The translations under genes and the position numbers were made by a program. The notes beneath the pieces are model-generated. The model saw nothing but the letters and a program-made list of their open reading frames with translations. It was not told the origin of the DNA and did not search any database. From the sequence record PQ850594.1: 64,000 nucleotides of DNA. The stretch is one strand, 5' to 3'. The stretch comes from Escherichia phage AnnaHegner_Bas87. Positions 56,275-64,000 of this stretch are shown in pieces (within the stretch, counting starts at the first letter, position 1; each line of letters begins with the position of its first letter).

Positions 56275-57375
56275 TTACAGTAGTCGTTCTAATTGCATTT
56301 CCAGATGGTCTGGAATATAACCAGTGACGTTATCATCACTGCTACCTGATTCACGCATCAATGCAAACATGTGACGAATTTCACGAACCGTTGCGATTCG
56401 AGTGCTTTCAATCTGAGGGGTGTAGTAGGTCATGATCTCTTCGTAGACACTGTTGGCATTACCGCGCACATATCCCAAGAAACCATAGAAGTCATTCATA
56501 TCACGTAAGTTGATAAGGACTTCACCATCAGGGCCAGTCTGTTGCACACGAACACGACCAACCAAAGTCACAGATTGCTCACGACAGAAGAGAATATCAC
56601 GAGCAAGACGATACCCTTCAGTGAGATCACTGTCTCTTGGAGTATAGTCTAGGGGTAGATGTTGAATCATAGGAGCGAAGCGCAGCTCATTCAACTTCTC
56701 AACATAAGCTTCATTGTCTAAATCTGCATATTCAACAGCCAGTTTCTTGAGAACCAAGAAGCGGTTGACCAGATTCAGAAGTTGGCTCTTTTTCCACTTC
56801 GGCTCTGAGATACGGAACTCAACAGAACCAAATTGAGATAGAGGCAAAAGATTAAGGGAGGTATATTTATCCCAGCTATTAACAAGAGAGTGGAAGAAAG
56901 CTTCCCCGTCTCGGTTGAACGCTGACGAAGCATTCATAACTTGTGCTTGAACGACAGCAAAAGCTGGACAGAAGTTGCTACGATAGCGATGGTATCCAGA
57001 ACATTTGAACATCATCTTTTCATAGAACGTCCATCCAAGAATAACTTTCTTAAGGATGTTACTATCAGCGTCACGCATATCCATATGAACATGAGTGGAG
57101 CAGCGCCAAGTTCCCTCGGCTCCAGAATCCTGTACTGCTTCACTCAGATTGTTAATAGCACGAAGTAATTCTTCACCGTTGTAAGGTCGTGCACATACTA
57201 ATTCACAACCATCACGAAGAGAGCCATCTTCAGTACAAACCCACATATCAGCGTCAATGTCAGTTGTACCTTCGACTTCTAACTCAATACCAACACCACA
57301 CTGAAAAGCAATACTTGGATGCGGTTCAGATAAGCGAGGGTTACGGTATCCAAAAACTTGTGCTACGGTTGTCAT
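56275..57375 (-). CDS. GS-like carboxylate-amine ligase (amidoligase) candidate
   Basis: 366 aa with ...WRCSTHVHMDMRD... (HVH motif); adjacent to second such gene. Confidence 0.45.
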   Translation of the reverse strand: MTTVAQVFGYRNPRLSEPHPSIAFQCGVGIELEVEGTTDIDADMWVCTEDGSLRDGCELVCARPYNGEELLRAINNLSEAVQDSGAEGTWRCSTHVHMDMRDADSNILKKVILGWTFYEKMMFKCSGYHRYRSNFCPAFAVVQAQVMNASSAFNRDGEAFFHSLVNSWDKYTSLNLLPLSQFGSVEFRISEPKWKKSQLLNLVNRFLVLKKLAVEYADLDNEAYVEKLNELRFAPMIQHLPLDYTPRDSDLTEGYRLARDILFCREQSVTLVGRVRVQQTGPDGEVLINLRDMNDFYGFLGYVRGNANSVYEEIMTYYTPQIESTRIATVREIRHMFALMRESGSSDDNVTGYIPDHLEMQLERLL

Positions 57376-57998
57376 AATGATTCCACCAACTCTACATTAT
57401 ATGATGACAGGTCTGAAGAAATATGCTTGAACTTCTCCAGAAGGTTTAAAGATTGACGACCATTGTCGCCATAACCAGCTTCAAGAAGCACGTTTCCAAC
57501 GTAAGCCCCTTTGTAATAAACTTTTCCATCGACAGGATTGATATAGATGAAACGAGTAACCAACCCTTCAAACTCTGGATTAAACAGGTTGTACACCAAA
57601 TCACCCGGAATCGAACGTCCGAGAGAAGGTGGAGTACCACGAAGTTTATTCCCCATCAAGCCTTTAGCTCGCTGACGAACAGGGTTGATATGGGTCCAGC
57701 TCACCATGTTATTACCATGCTGAAGGTATCCTACATCTGGAGACTCCAGAATGAGGCTGTGATCAAACACTGGGATATTACTAACAATCTGACGTTCAAA
57801 CTGACCTTCGGAGTTTTTAGTCCAGCGTTCCGCCTCAAACACTAAAGACATTTCAGCGTCGTGTGAGTAGTCGTCAATATCAAAGTTACCTTGCTGACGA
57901 ACATCAAGCACATATAGAGGGAGGTTTTTACCATCAGGTGATCGCTGGGCAATCCATGTTCCACAATAATAGTGTTGAAAATCTCTTAACAAGCTCAC
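57372..57998 (-). CDS. hypothetical protein (cassette member)
   Basis: 208-aa ORF overlapping neighbours by 4 nt. Confidence 0.45.
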   Translation of the reverse strand: MSLLRDFQHYYCGTWIAQRSPDGKNLPLYVLDVRQQGNFDIDDYSHDAEMSLVFEAERWTKNSEGQFERQIVSNIPVFDHSLILESPDVGYLQHGNNMVSWTHINPVRQRAKGLMGNKLRGTPPSLGRSIPGDLVYNLFNPEFEGLVTRFIYINPVDGKVYYKGAYVGNVLLEAGYGDNGRQSLNLLEKFKHISSDLSSYNVELVESL

Positions 57999-58007
57999 AA
58001 TATCACC

Positions 58008-58859
58008 TTATACAATCTGGAGTTTAGAGGAGAATTTATCCGCTTCTTTAACATCGTTACTGTTGATGATGTTGTGAAGCTTTTCAATTGGAAGGCGAGA
58101 ATGAAGTGACATCAATACTTCCATATCACAGCCTTGAACAACCTTATCAACTTGCTCATAAACAAACTTGCGGGTTGACTTCTCGCCAATCCAGAAGTTA
58201 GAAAGAGAACGATATTCAATACCGTAATCTTTGTAGCGAATGGCAGAAGCCTTTCCGTATAACTCTTTACGACGAGTGTCTTTATCCATGATCACAGCTG
58301 GCAAGGACAGGAAGTAATCACACAACACACCCAACATCATTTGAGTCTGACGACTAATTTCCAGCGTACCAGTGACGCCAAGGTGAACATGACCGCCAGC
58401 AGTACGCAGACCTTTGTCTGTCGCTACTGGAGATGGGTTTTTCTGACCAGTGAAGGCGTTGAAATCAGGAGTACAACCAAATACAAAAGCTGACGGGTGG
58501 AATGATTCAAGCTCTTCTGAAGTGAACACATGAGAGCTAATCCCAAGCGCTGCTTCCAGACCACGATCATTCAGGATTTTGTTAGTCAGATCAATACCAC
58601 GCTGAATATTATCATCAAACGCTTCAAATCCTTTCTGTGGGTTAATATCGAATTCAGCCAGAACGTTGTCTTCTTGAAGACGAACATCAGGGGCCAGATC
58701 AATTTTGTTGTCTTTAGAGCAGCCCAGCTTACCAGCCACAGAGGTGATAATACCAGAAGCAGTACGAACAAACATTTCAGGGTCAGAACCAATAAGGAAA
58801 GCACGCTTAGTCATTGTAATACTCCACGAGTTCATCAAAAAGGGAAACAACACGAGCAC
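58008..58859 (-). CDS. GS-like carboxylate-amine ligase (amidoligase) candidate
   Basis: ...RTAGGHVHLGV... motif; probable start MTKRAFLIG at 58814 overlapping upstream stop (AATGACTAA). Confidence 0.45.
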   Translation of the reverse strand: MLVLFPFLMNSWSITMTKRAFLIGSDPEMFVRTASGIITSVAGKLGCSKDNKIDLAPDVRLQEDNVLAEFDINPQKGFEAFDDNIQRGIDLTNKILNDRGLEAALGISSHVFTSEELESFHPSAFVFGCTPDFNAFTGQKNPSPVATDKGLRTAGGHVHLGVTGTLEISRQTQMMLGVLCDYFLSLPAVIMDKDTRRKELYGKASAIRYKDYGIEYRSLSNFWIGEKSTRKFVYEQVDKVVQGCDMEVLMSLHSRLPIEKLHNIINSNDVKEADKFSSKLQIV

Positions 58860-59757
58860 CAGCTTCTTCTGGTGTCATTGAGGAAGGTACTGCTTGCATC
58901 AGTCGTTCGATAAAACTGCGAACAGTGATTCTGTCCATACGCTGATCTAATACTTCTCGCTTGTGACCTGCACAAGTTGACCAGAGACGCAACCACTCAC
59001 TCATACTTTCATAATGGTCAGGGTCTTGGTCACGACGGCGTGCCATACGACGGAGAACTCCATCATTATGGTTTCGTACATAACCATCTCGGTTATCATC
59101 AACACCGAACACATTCTGAACCCATACGTTTTCAGAAAATTCATCAGTGGTGCAAATTAGTGGCAGAAATGCAATTGCACTCATGTCACCATCAAAATAA
59201 GTCGCTGCTGACTCATCGGTTGAGTCTACGTCATTACTATAACACCAGCGACCAAAGAAGTTACGACTTAAACCAGCTAAGCGTAGAGCTAAACCGATTC
59301 GTTGTCGCTTAAGCAACTCTTCCTTGTCTTGTACGCCTTCCTGAAGGAACTCCATTCCATTAAAATCACCATCCAAATAACTACGGATGGTCATTAGTCC
59401 AGTAAACACCTTGTCTGCTGGATGGTTTCGAAGGTTCACGGCAATGGAGTTCACCGAAGTGACAGAGAACATATCTTTATAGCAAGACATTGAGTTAAAA
59501 ATGTCTGTTGCTTCAACTAAAGCTCTTTCGATATCTTTAGCCGGCACGCCATAAAAATTGTGAGGCCAGAAGTTAATAACTTCAATTTCTGAAGTTCTGT
59601 CACGAAGGCTTGTTCGGTTACGACTTTCACCGTTAATGTCTGTAACAGAATACATGTGCATACAGTTAAAAGTACCAAAGCAAGCTCTTCCTTTGAACAC
59701 TGACTCACCGAAATCCTCTGCCGGTGTTACCGGAGCAATCGATGCGGAGATTGACAT
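58807..59757 (-). CDS. hypothetical protein (cassette member)
   Basis: 316-aa ORF. Confidence 0.45.
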   Translation of the reverse strand: MSISASIAPVTPAEDFGESVFKGRACFGTFNCMHMYSVTDINGESRNRTSLRDRTSEIEVINFWPHNFYGVPAKDIERALVEATDIFNSMSCYKDMFSVTSVNSIAVNLRNHPADKVFTGLMTIRSYLDGDFNGMEFLQEGVQDKEELLKRQRIGLALRLAGLSRNFFGRWCYSNDVDSTDESAATYFDGDMSAIAFLPLICTTDEFSENVWVQNVFGVDDNRDGYVRNHNDGVLRRMARRRDQDPDHYESMSEWLRLWSTCAGHKREVLDQRMDRITVRSFIERLMQAVPSSMTPEEAGARVVSLFDELVEYYND

Positions 59758-59765
59758 ATTCGCCT

Positions 59766-60983
59766 CTATTTATTAAAGAATAATTTTTCCATAATGGTTT
59801 CCCACTCTTCTGAGGGGAGGGTTGAGAACCCGTTTCCGTGAAGCCTGTTTGTCATGCAACTAATAATATTGTACATGTTGTAGCTTCGGGTGGATTCTGT
59901 TCCATTGTTCCAGTTATAACCGAAAACAATTTTATCGAAGGAGGTTTTATCCGTAGTTACTTCTCGGATGAACTCAACCAAGAGCGATTTCTCTGTGATG
60001 ACCGCACGTTCACCATCTGGCAGATTACAATACTGAGGAAGAAGGATTGGTAAGAACATCGAATTGTTCACTCGACAATCGCGCACACCTTCACTGCGAT
60101 AGATTAGGCTTGAGAAGTCTTCATCACGCAGGTGTCCTTCACCTTCAGTGTATTCACACTGTCGCCATTTGGTCTGGCGAGGTTTAACCATTGTACTACC
60201 AACGCCTACTGTATACAGAGACGCTTGGAAGATACATGAATCGTAATCATTCCCTGTTAAAGCAACTTGCTCATTGCCGAACACATCCACTGAAGAGTTG
60301 ATCAGTCGGCTGAATGCAAGAGAGGCTAAAGGGGACCAACCTTTCTTATACATCTTGTTCAACATTTCATACACAGCAGATTTTTCATCATCTGTATAGA
60401 ATGTACGATTCAGCATCAGATAGAACAGAGCGCGATCAGCAGGACAACCATCAGTACAAACACCCATGAATCCTACTTCATGCCATACCAGACATGAGTC
60501 AGAATCCTTATCCATGAATGCTTCAAAGGCTTCCATTACAGCCCTGTCAGTAACATCAGGACGGTTGTTTTCTTCTGCCCATGTTTCTACATGAGAAGGA
60601 GGACGAGGGTCTCCATTCTCCACCCCTTCGCGGAAATATTGAGTGGTAATAGGCTTTTTATCACCATAACGTTTTACACCATAAGCGGGAAGGTGTGTAC
60701 CAGAGTTCCAGATGTACTTAATTTCGGACATAGGCATCATGTTTTCAAGAACGTTCTCTTCAGCAGTGCCTTGACGAACCATCATATTTTCACTCCACAC
60801 CTTAATGCGGATATTCCAGCCGTAGTTGCTGTCATACGTGTTATAATAATCAGGATCACCATCTTCATCTTCATCATAATCACCACCCTGATAGTAACCT
60901 GCTTTCAGGAAACCATAACAAGGAGGCCAGATGGTTACAACATCATCTGATTCTTTCCAGCTTTGAAGTGTTACAGGGAACAT
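59766..60983 (-). CDS. hypothetical protein (cassette member)
   Basis: 405-aa ORF, first long gene of cassette. Confidence 0.45.
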   Translation of the reverse strand: MFPVTLQSWKESDDVVTIWPPCYGFLKAGYYQGGDYDEDEDGDPDYYNTYDSNYGWNIRIKVWSENMMVRQGTAEENVLENMMPMSEIKYIWNSGTHLPAYGVKRYGDKKPITTQYFREGVENGDPRPPSHVETWAEENNRPDVTDRAVMEAFEAFMDKDSDSCLVWHEVGFMGVCTDGCPADRALFYLMLNRTFYTDDEKSAVYEMLNKMYKKGWSPLASLAFSRLINSSVDVFGNEQVALTGNDYDSCIFQASLYTVGVGSTMVKPRQTKWRQCEYTEGEGHLRDEDFSSLIYRSEGVRDCRVNNSMFLPILLPQYCNLPDGERAVITEKSLLVEFIREVTTDKTSFDKIVFGYNWNNGTESTRSYNMYNIISCMTNRLHGNGFSTLPSEEWETIMEKLFFNK

Positions 60984-60994
60984 CTTTTACCTCT

Positions 60995-61357
60995 TTACTC
61001 TGCTACCAAAAGGCTCAGAGATTTGCGAATGTAGTCAATACTACGGAAGTTTCGATAGTTCTCTTGGAAGCGCATTTTTTCAAACTCTGCTTCCTGAAGC
61101 TCTACCTCTGCTGCTTTATATCCTGATAAAGCTAAACTTACCACATCCTGAGGTAAGGTATTACGACGGCGAATAAGATATTTATTCGCTTTTAGTTTAC
61201 CTTGTGCACGAGCCATTTTGGCCTTTGCCGCCTTGATACCATGAGAAATCCAAAGCAGTTGCTGTTTCAGATCTTCCTCATCCATACCACCTAAATCATT
61301 TGCTACTTTATGAAGCGTAGACAGGTTCACATGGCCTTTAATGGGGCGTAGGTTCAT
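60995..61357 (-). CDS. hypothetical protein
   Basis: 120-aa ORF. Confidence 0.4.
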   Translation of the reverse strand: MNLRPIKGHVNLSTLHKVANDLGGMDEEDLKQQLLWISHGIKAAKAKMARAQGKLKANKYLIRRRNTLPQDVVSLALSGYKAAEVELQEAEFEKMRFQENYRNFRSIDYIRKSLSLLVAE

Positions 61358-61521
61358 AACTTCTCCTGTTTGTCACATTGATTGGTTAGCCAGTTGTAAG
61401 ACCCTCTGTTATTCTTGCTTAACTCGCAAGATGCAAAAGAGTACATCCTGACAAACCCCACAGTGGCTAAGCAAATAAAGATTGCTGCCAATAAGAATTT
61501 AGCTTTCAACTTATTATCCAT
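61354..61521 (-). CDS. unlisted small membrane protein ORF (55 aa)
   Basis: MDNKLKAKFLLAAIFICLATVGFV...; stop overlaps next ATG (ATGA). Confidence 0.3.
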   Translation of the reverse strand: MDNKLKAKFLLAAIFICLATVGFVRMYSFASCELSKNNRGSYNWLTNQCDKQEKL

Positions 61522-61762
61522 ACAACCTCTTCTTTGAACTTAAAAAAGGACTCTCATAAGAGAGCCAAGCTTTAAGGCCAATTAAATAGATATCACCCAA
61601 TATCTGTGGATAACCTGCTCTTAAAATATTCTATCCGACGGATGTTCGAGGATTATTCCTCTCCCTAGCATCGGCCCCATACGGGAAAGATTAAATTAAG
61701 ATTAGGTTAGTTGAGCCAGAATAGCTCACATAGCCCTCTGATACTCACGAGGGCTATAGATG

Positions 61763-62014
61763 TTACTCTGTATCTCCGTCGAAGCGGAGGATTGCTGTCG
61801 GAACAGGAATAACTGCCATGTCAATCTCTAAACGGAAGAGATGACCTGTGCTCAACTGAACTGCTGTTACCGGCTTAGCGATACCAGCAACAGAGGCAGA
61901 AGGGATTCGGATAAAGAATTCCCCCGGATATTCAACCGAACGAAACACATCTCCCGGTGTCATATCTTTTACTTGAACAGTAGGCTCAGGAGGTGTTTTA
62001 TTGGAAATTTGCAT
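61763..62014 (-). CDS. hypothetical protein
   Basis: 83-aa ORF. Confidence 0.4.
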   Translation of the reverse strand: MQISNKTPPEPTVQVKDMTPGDVFRSVEYPGEFFIRIPSASVAGIAKPVTAVQLSTGHLFRLEIDMAVIPVPTAILRFDGDTE

Positions 62015-62247
62015 TACAAACCTTTCTTAGCACGATCTTTGGCAGTCTTGCCAGTGCGAATACGGTGGGAAACATTAACCAGTTCGCCGCCTTCGACGAT
62101 GGTTACGCTTTTATTTTTCGCAATATCGAATACAGTCTTCTCTGTACCGCCCAGACGAATCTGTTTAGGTTCGCTGTGGGTCTGAGTTGATTTAGACTGG
62201 AACTGGAACGGCTGACGGATGGCATCAATTGCGCTAACTTTAGACAT
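62014..62247 (-). CDS. hypothetical protein
   Basis: 77-aa ORF with AAGGTAA RBS. Confidence 0.4.
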   Translation of the reverse strand: MSKVSAIDAIRQPFQFQSKSTQTHSEPKQIRLGGTEKTVFDIAKNKSVTIVEGGELVNVSHRIRTGKTAKDRAKKGL

Positions 62248-62274
62248 GCTTTATTACCTTACATTAAAGAGAGA

Positions 62275-62703
62275 TTAAACAACAAATTGGAACGCTTCGT
62301 ATCCAAACTTGTATGAGAAGTCATGCTTGAATTTCACTACACGACCACGATCACGGAAAGATTTCAGACGACTAATAAAGCCAGCCATCGGCTCAGGGTC
62401 AATAGGGCTACGAATCTTCATAGCTACAGAGTGCAGCTTGAAGCGTTTACCAGTGCTACAGGCCATCATCACATACTCCATACGAGTAGTCCAGATGTTG
62501 AGCACCATGCTTGTTTTCTCCGCTGACCAACCAGTCTTGCGGGCGATTTCTTTATGGACATTAAGCTCCAAAGGAAGAGGGAATTGCTTGTTGAATGAAG
62601 CCGGATATAGCTTGACCAGAAGGTCAATGTTTTCTTTATACGTTAAGTAAGCCAATTTCTTGCTTACGTTAGGGAATTTCCCAGACATTTTTTGAAGCTC
62701 CAA
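62275..62703 (-). CDS. hypothetical protein, possible ProQ/FinO-like RNA-binding domain
   Basis: ...LYPASFNKQFPLPLELNVHKEIARKTGWSAEKTSMVLNIWTTRMEYV... loosely fits FinO/ProQ pattern. Confidence 0.35.
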   Translation of the reverse strand: MELQKMSGKFPNVSKKLAYLTYKENIDLLVKLYPASFNKQFPLPLELNVHKEIARKTGWSAEKTSMVLNIWTTRMEYVMMACSTGKRFKLHSVAMKIRSPIDPEPMAGFISRLKSFRDRGRVVKFKHDFSYKFGYEAFQFVV

Positions 62704-62887
62704 AACAGCGCCGAAAAGAGAGGCGTCATAGTAGCTAAAGGGAGGAGAGAAGAGGGATTATTTACTTACCTTTTTCTGTCCATTGATATACCAGATAACT
62801 GAACCGTCAGGCTGTCGTTGACCGAAGCCTTTCAAGTTAACCATTTCTTCTTCAGAGTAGGCACGTTTTCTCACTGAGTTTCTCCTG

Positions 62888-63145
62888 TCAATAGAAGGTG
62901 TGTGTAGAGTCATCGTTCATACATAACCAAACGAAGAAGACAATCACACAGAAAGCAATAACACCGAGAACTGCAAGGATTATAGTGTTAGCTAATGTGG
63001 TATCTAACACGCTTTGCAGGTACATAAAGAATTGTACGATACCACATAACCCTAGCACGACCCCAACGACAATGAGGAGCCAATATGTGCAGAGAAGGAC
63101 TGCATCTAATAGTGATACATACTTTGGATGATCTTTATGTCTCAC
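62888..63145 (-). CDS. small membrane protein (2 TM)
   Basis: 85 aa, two hydrophobic helices. Confidence 0.4.
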   Translation of the reverse strand: MRHKDHPKYVSLLDAVLLCTYWLLIVVGVVLGLCGIVQFFMYLQSVLDTTLANTIILAVLGVIAFCVIVFFVWLCMNDDSTHTFY

Positions 63146-63401
63146 TGATCTTTTCCACTAAATCCAGAGTTGCTGATTCAAATACAACACCAACTACCAT
63201 ATTAGGTGCCATATTACGAACGTATCCGCTCTGCATAGACACGGCCCGAGAGTATTCAGAACCGTTAGAACTTTTGTTTACCTTCATGTAAAGGGTTTGC
63301 TCTTTATCTTCTTTCAGAGTAAAGAAAGAGCCGGGAAGAAGCCTCTGAACAGTCAGAGGGATATCTGCAACATGAGTCTTATTGATAGTAAGAACTGTCA
63401 T
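63135..63401 (-). CDS. hypothetical protein
   Basis: 88-aa ORF. Confidence 0.35.
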   Translation of the reverse strand: MTVLTINKTHVADIPLTVQRLLPGSFFTLKEDKEQTLYMKVNKSSNGSEYSRAVSMQSGYVRNMAPNMVVGVVFESATLDLVEKISET

Positions 63402-63404
63402 TGC

Positions 63405-63659
63405 TTATTCCTTAATAGTTGCTTCAGCTTTAATAGGAATAACAGCAACATCTTTACGAGGTGCGGTCGCTCGACCTGTGTTAAGGCAGGCTACAAGTCT
63501 GTGCTCATCCGCACCTTTAATACACAGTCGAGTTGAGAACTCGGTAGATAGTAAGATGTACAAATCGTCATCTTCACTGTTAGGATACATGAAGCAATCC
63601 CCAAGACGCAGAGCGCTGAGTGGTATTGCGTTCTTACTGGCTGGTTTATTAACTTTCAT
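63405..63659 (-). CDS. hypothetical protein
   Basis: 84-aa ORF; most upstream minus-strand gene in window. Confidence 0.35.
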   Translation of the reverse strand: MKVNKPASKNAIPLSALRLGDCFMYPNSEDDDLYILLSTEFSTRLCIKGADEHRLVACLNTGRATAPRKDVAVIPIKAEATIKE

Positions 63660-64000
63660 TTTACCACCTTTAGTTATGGACCAATTTATGAGAGAACTCT
63701 CGGAAGAATGCTTTCATAAATAGGGGGAGGGGACGAATCCTCCCATATCCTATTAATTAATGTTGCATGTAAGACCTAACAATCCGATGCTGTAGTGGAT
63801 AGCGTAAAACGCTTACCGGCATTAAACCCAGCCCATGAGGGGCTTATGTGATTAAAATGCTCAACATTGAGCGGTTAGTTGATAGGAGATCTGAAGTCCT
63901 ATCTCAAAGGACTCTCGTAAGAATCCTTCACGATATCACTTAGTAAGAAAGATTATCAACTTATCCGCTACCCAGCCTATTAACATAAGGACAGGTAAGA

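Noticed and set aside
61600-61760. Possible tRNA gene in ORF-free right-arm region (TAGCTCA and TTCGAGG fragments)
   Set aside because: No acceptor stem, D-arm, anticodon arm and T-arm arrangement could be assembled on either strand; the fragments are isolated.
1-64000. CRISPR arrays, integrase, repressor, transposase or IS elements
   Set aside because: No short direct-repeat/spacer arrays and no recombinase-like or transposase-like ORFs were recognised; the window looks like a lytic phage genome.
63700-64000. Possible genome terminus or host-type early promoters in the final 300 bp
   Set aside because: Only weak sigma-70-like hexamers (TTGATA ... TATCGT) and short hairpins; cannot be assessed without the adjacent sequence.

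Overview
This 64-kb window reads as most of a virulent, podovirus-like dsDNA phage genome; no integrase or repressor was seen. From 1 to 29.3 kb a plus-strand late/structural module runs terminase large subunit, portal, scaffold, major capsid (with a -1 frameshift into an Ig-like extension), tail fibers, a lysozyme, a lytic transglycosylase and internal virion proteins including a 1481-aa giant, ending at a bidirectional terminator. From 64 kb down to 29.3 kb a convergent minus-strand module encodes family-A DNA polymerase, primase-helicase, two exonucleases, an SSB-like protein, PhoH, ThyX, dCTP deaminase, a dNMP kinase, a thioredoxin-fold protein, a Dps-like protein, a phage sigma factor, three HNH endonucleases and spanin candidates. 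The sigma factor, a recurring TAATGTATA motif and the amidoligase genes resemble phiEco32-like phages, but that is recollection, not a search result. The most notable feature is a ~9.5-kb minus-strand cassette (51.5-61.0 kb) with two GS-like amidoligase candidates, an ATP-grasp ligase, a class-II glutamine amidotransferase that appears to start at a non-AUG codon directly before its catalytic Cys, a GGCT-like protein and several unknown proteins, which I read as an amide-bond-forming modification system with unknown target. Other leads are a DUF2829 (Tad2-like) candidate anti-defense gene, a CCA-adding-enzyme-like nucleotidyltransferase with a low-complexity tail, an HNH gene with no canonical start inside the spanin locus, and several tandem paralog families. 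All domain calls come from motif recognition by eye and need HMM or structure confirmation.
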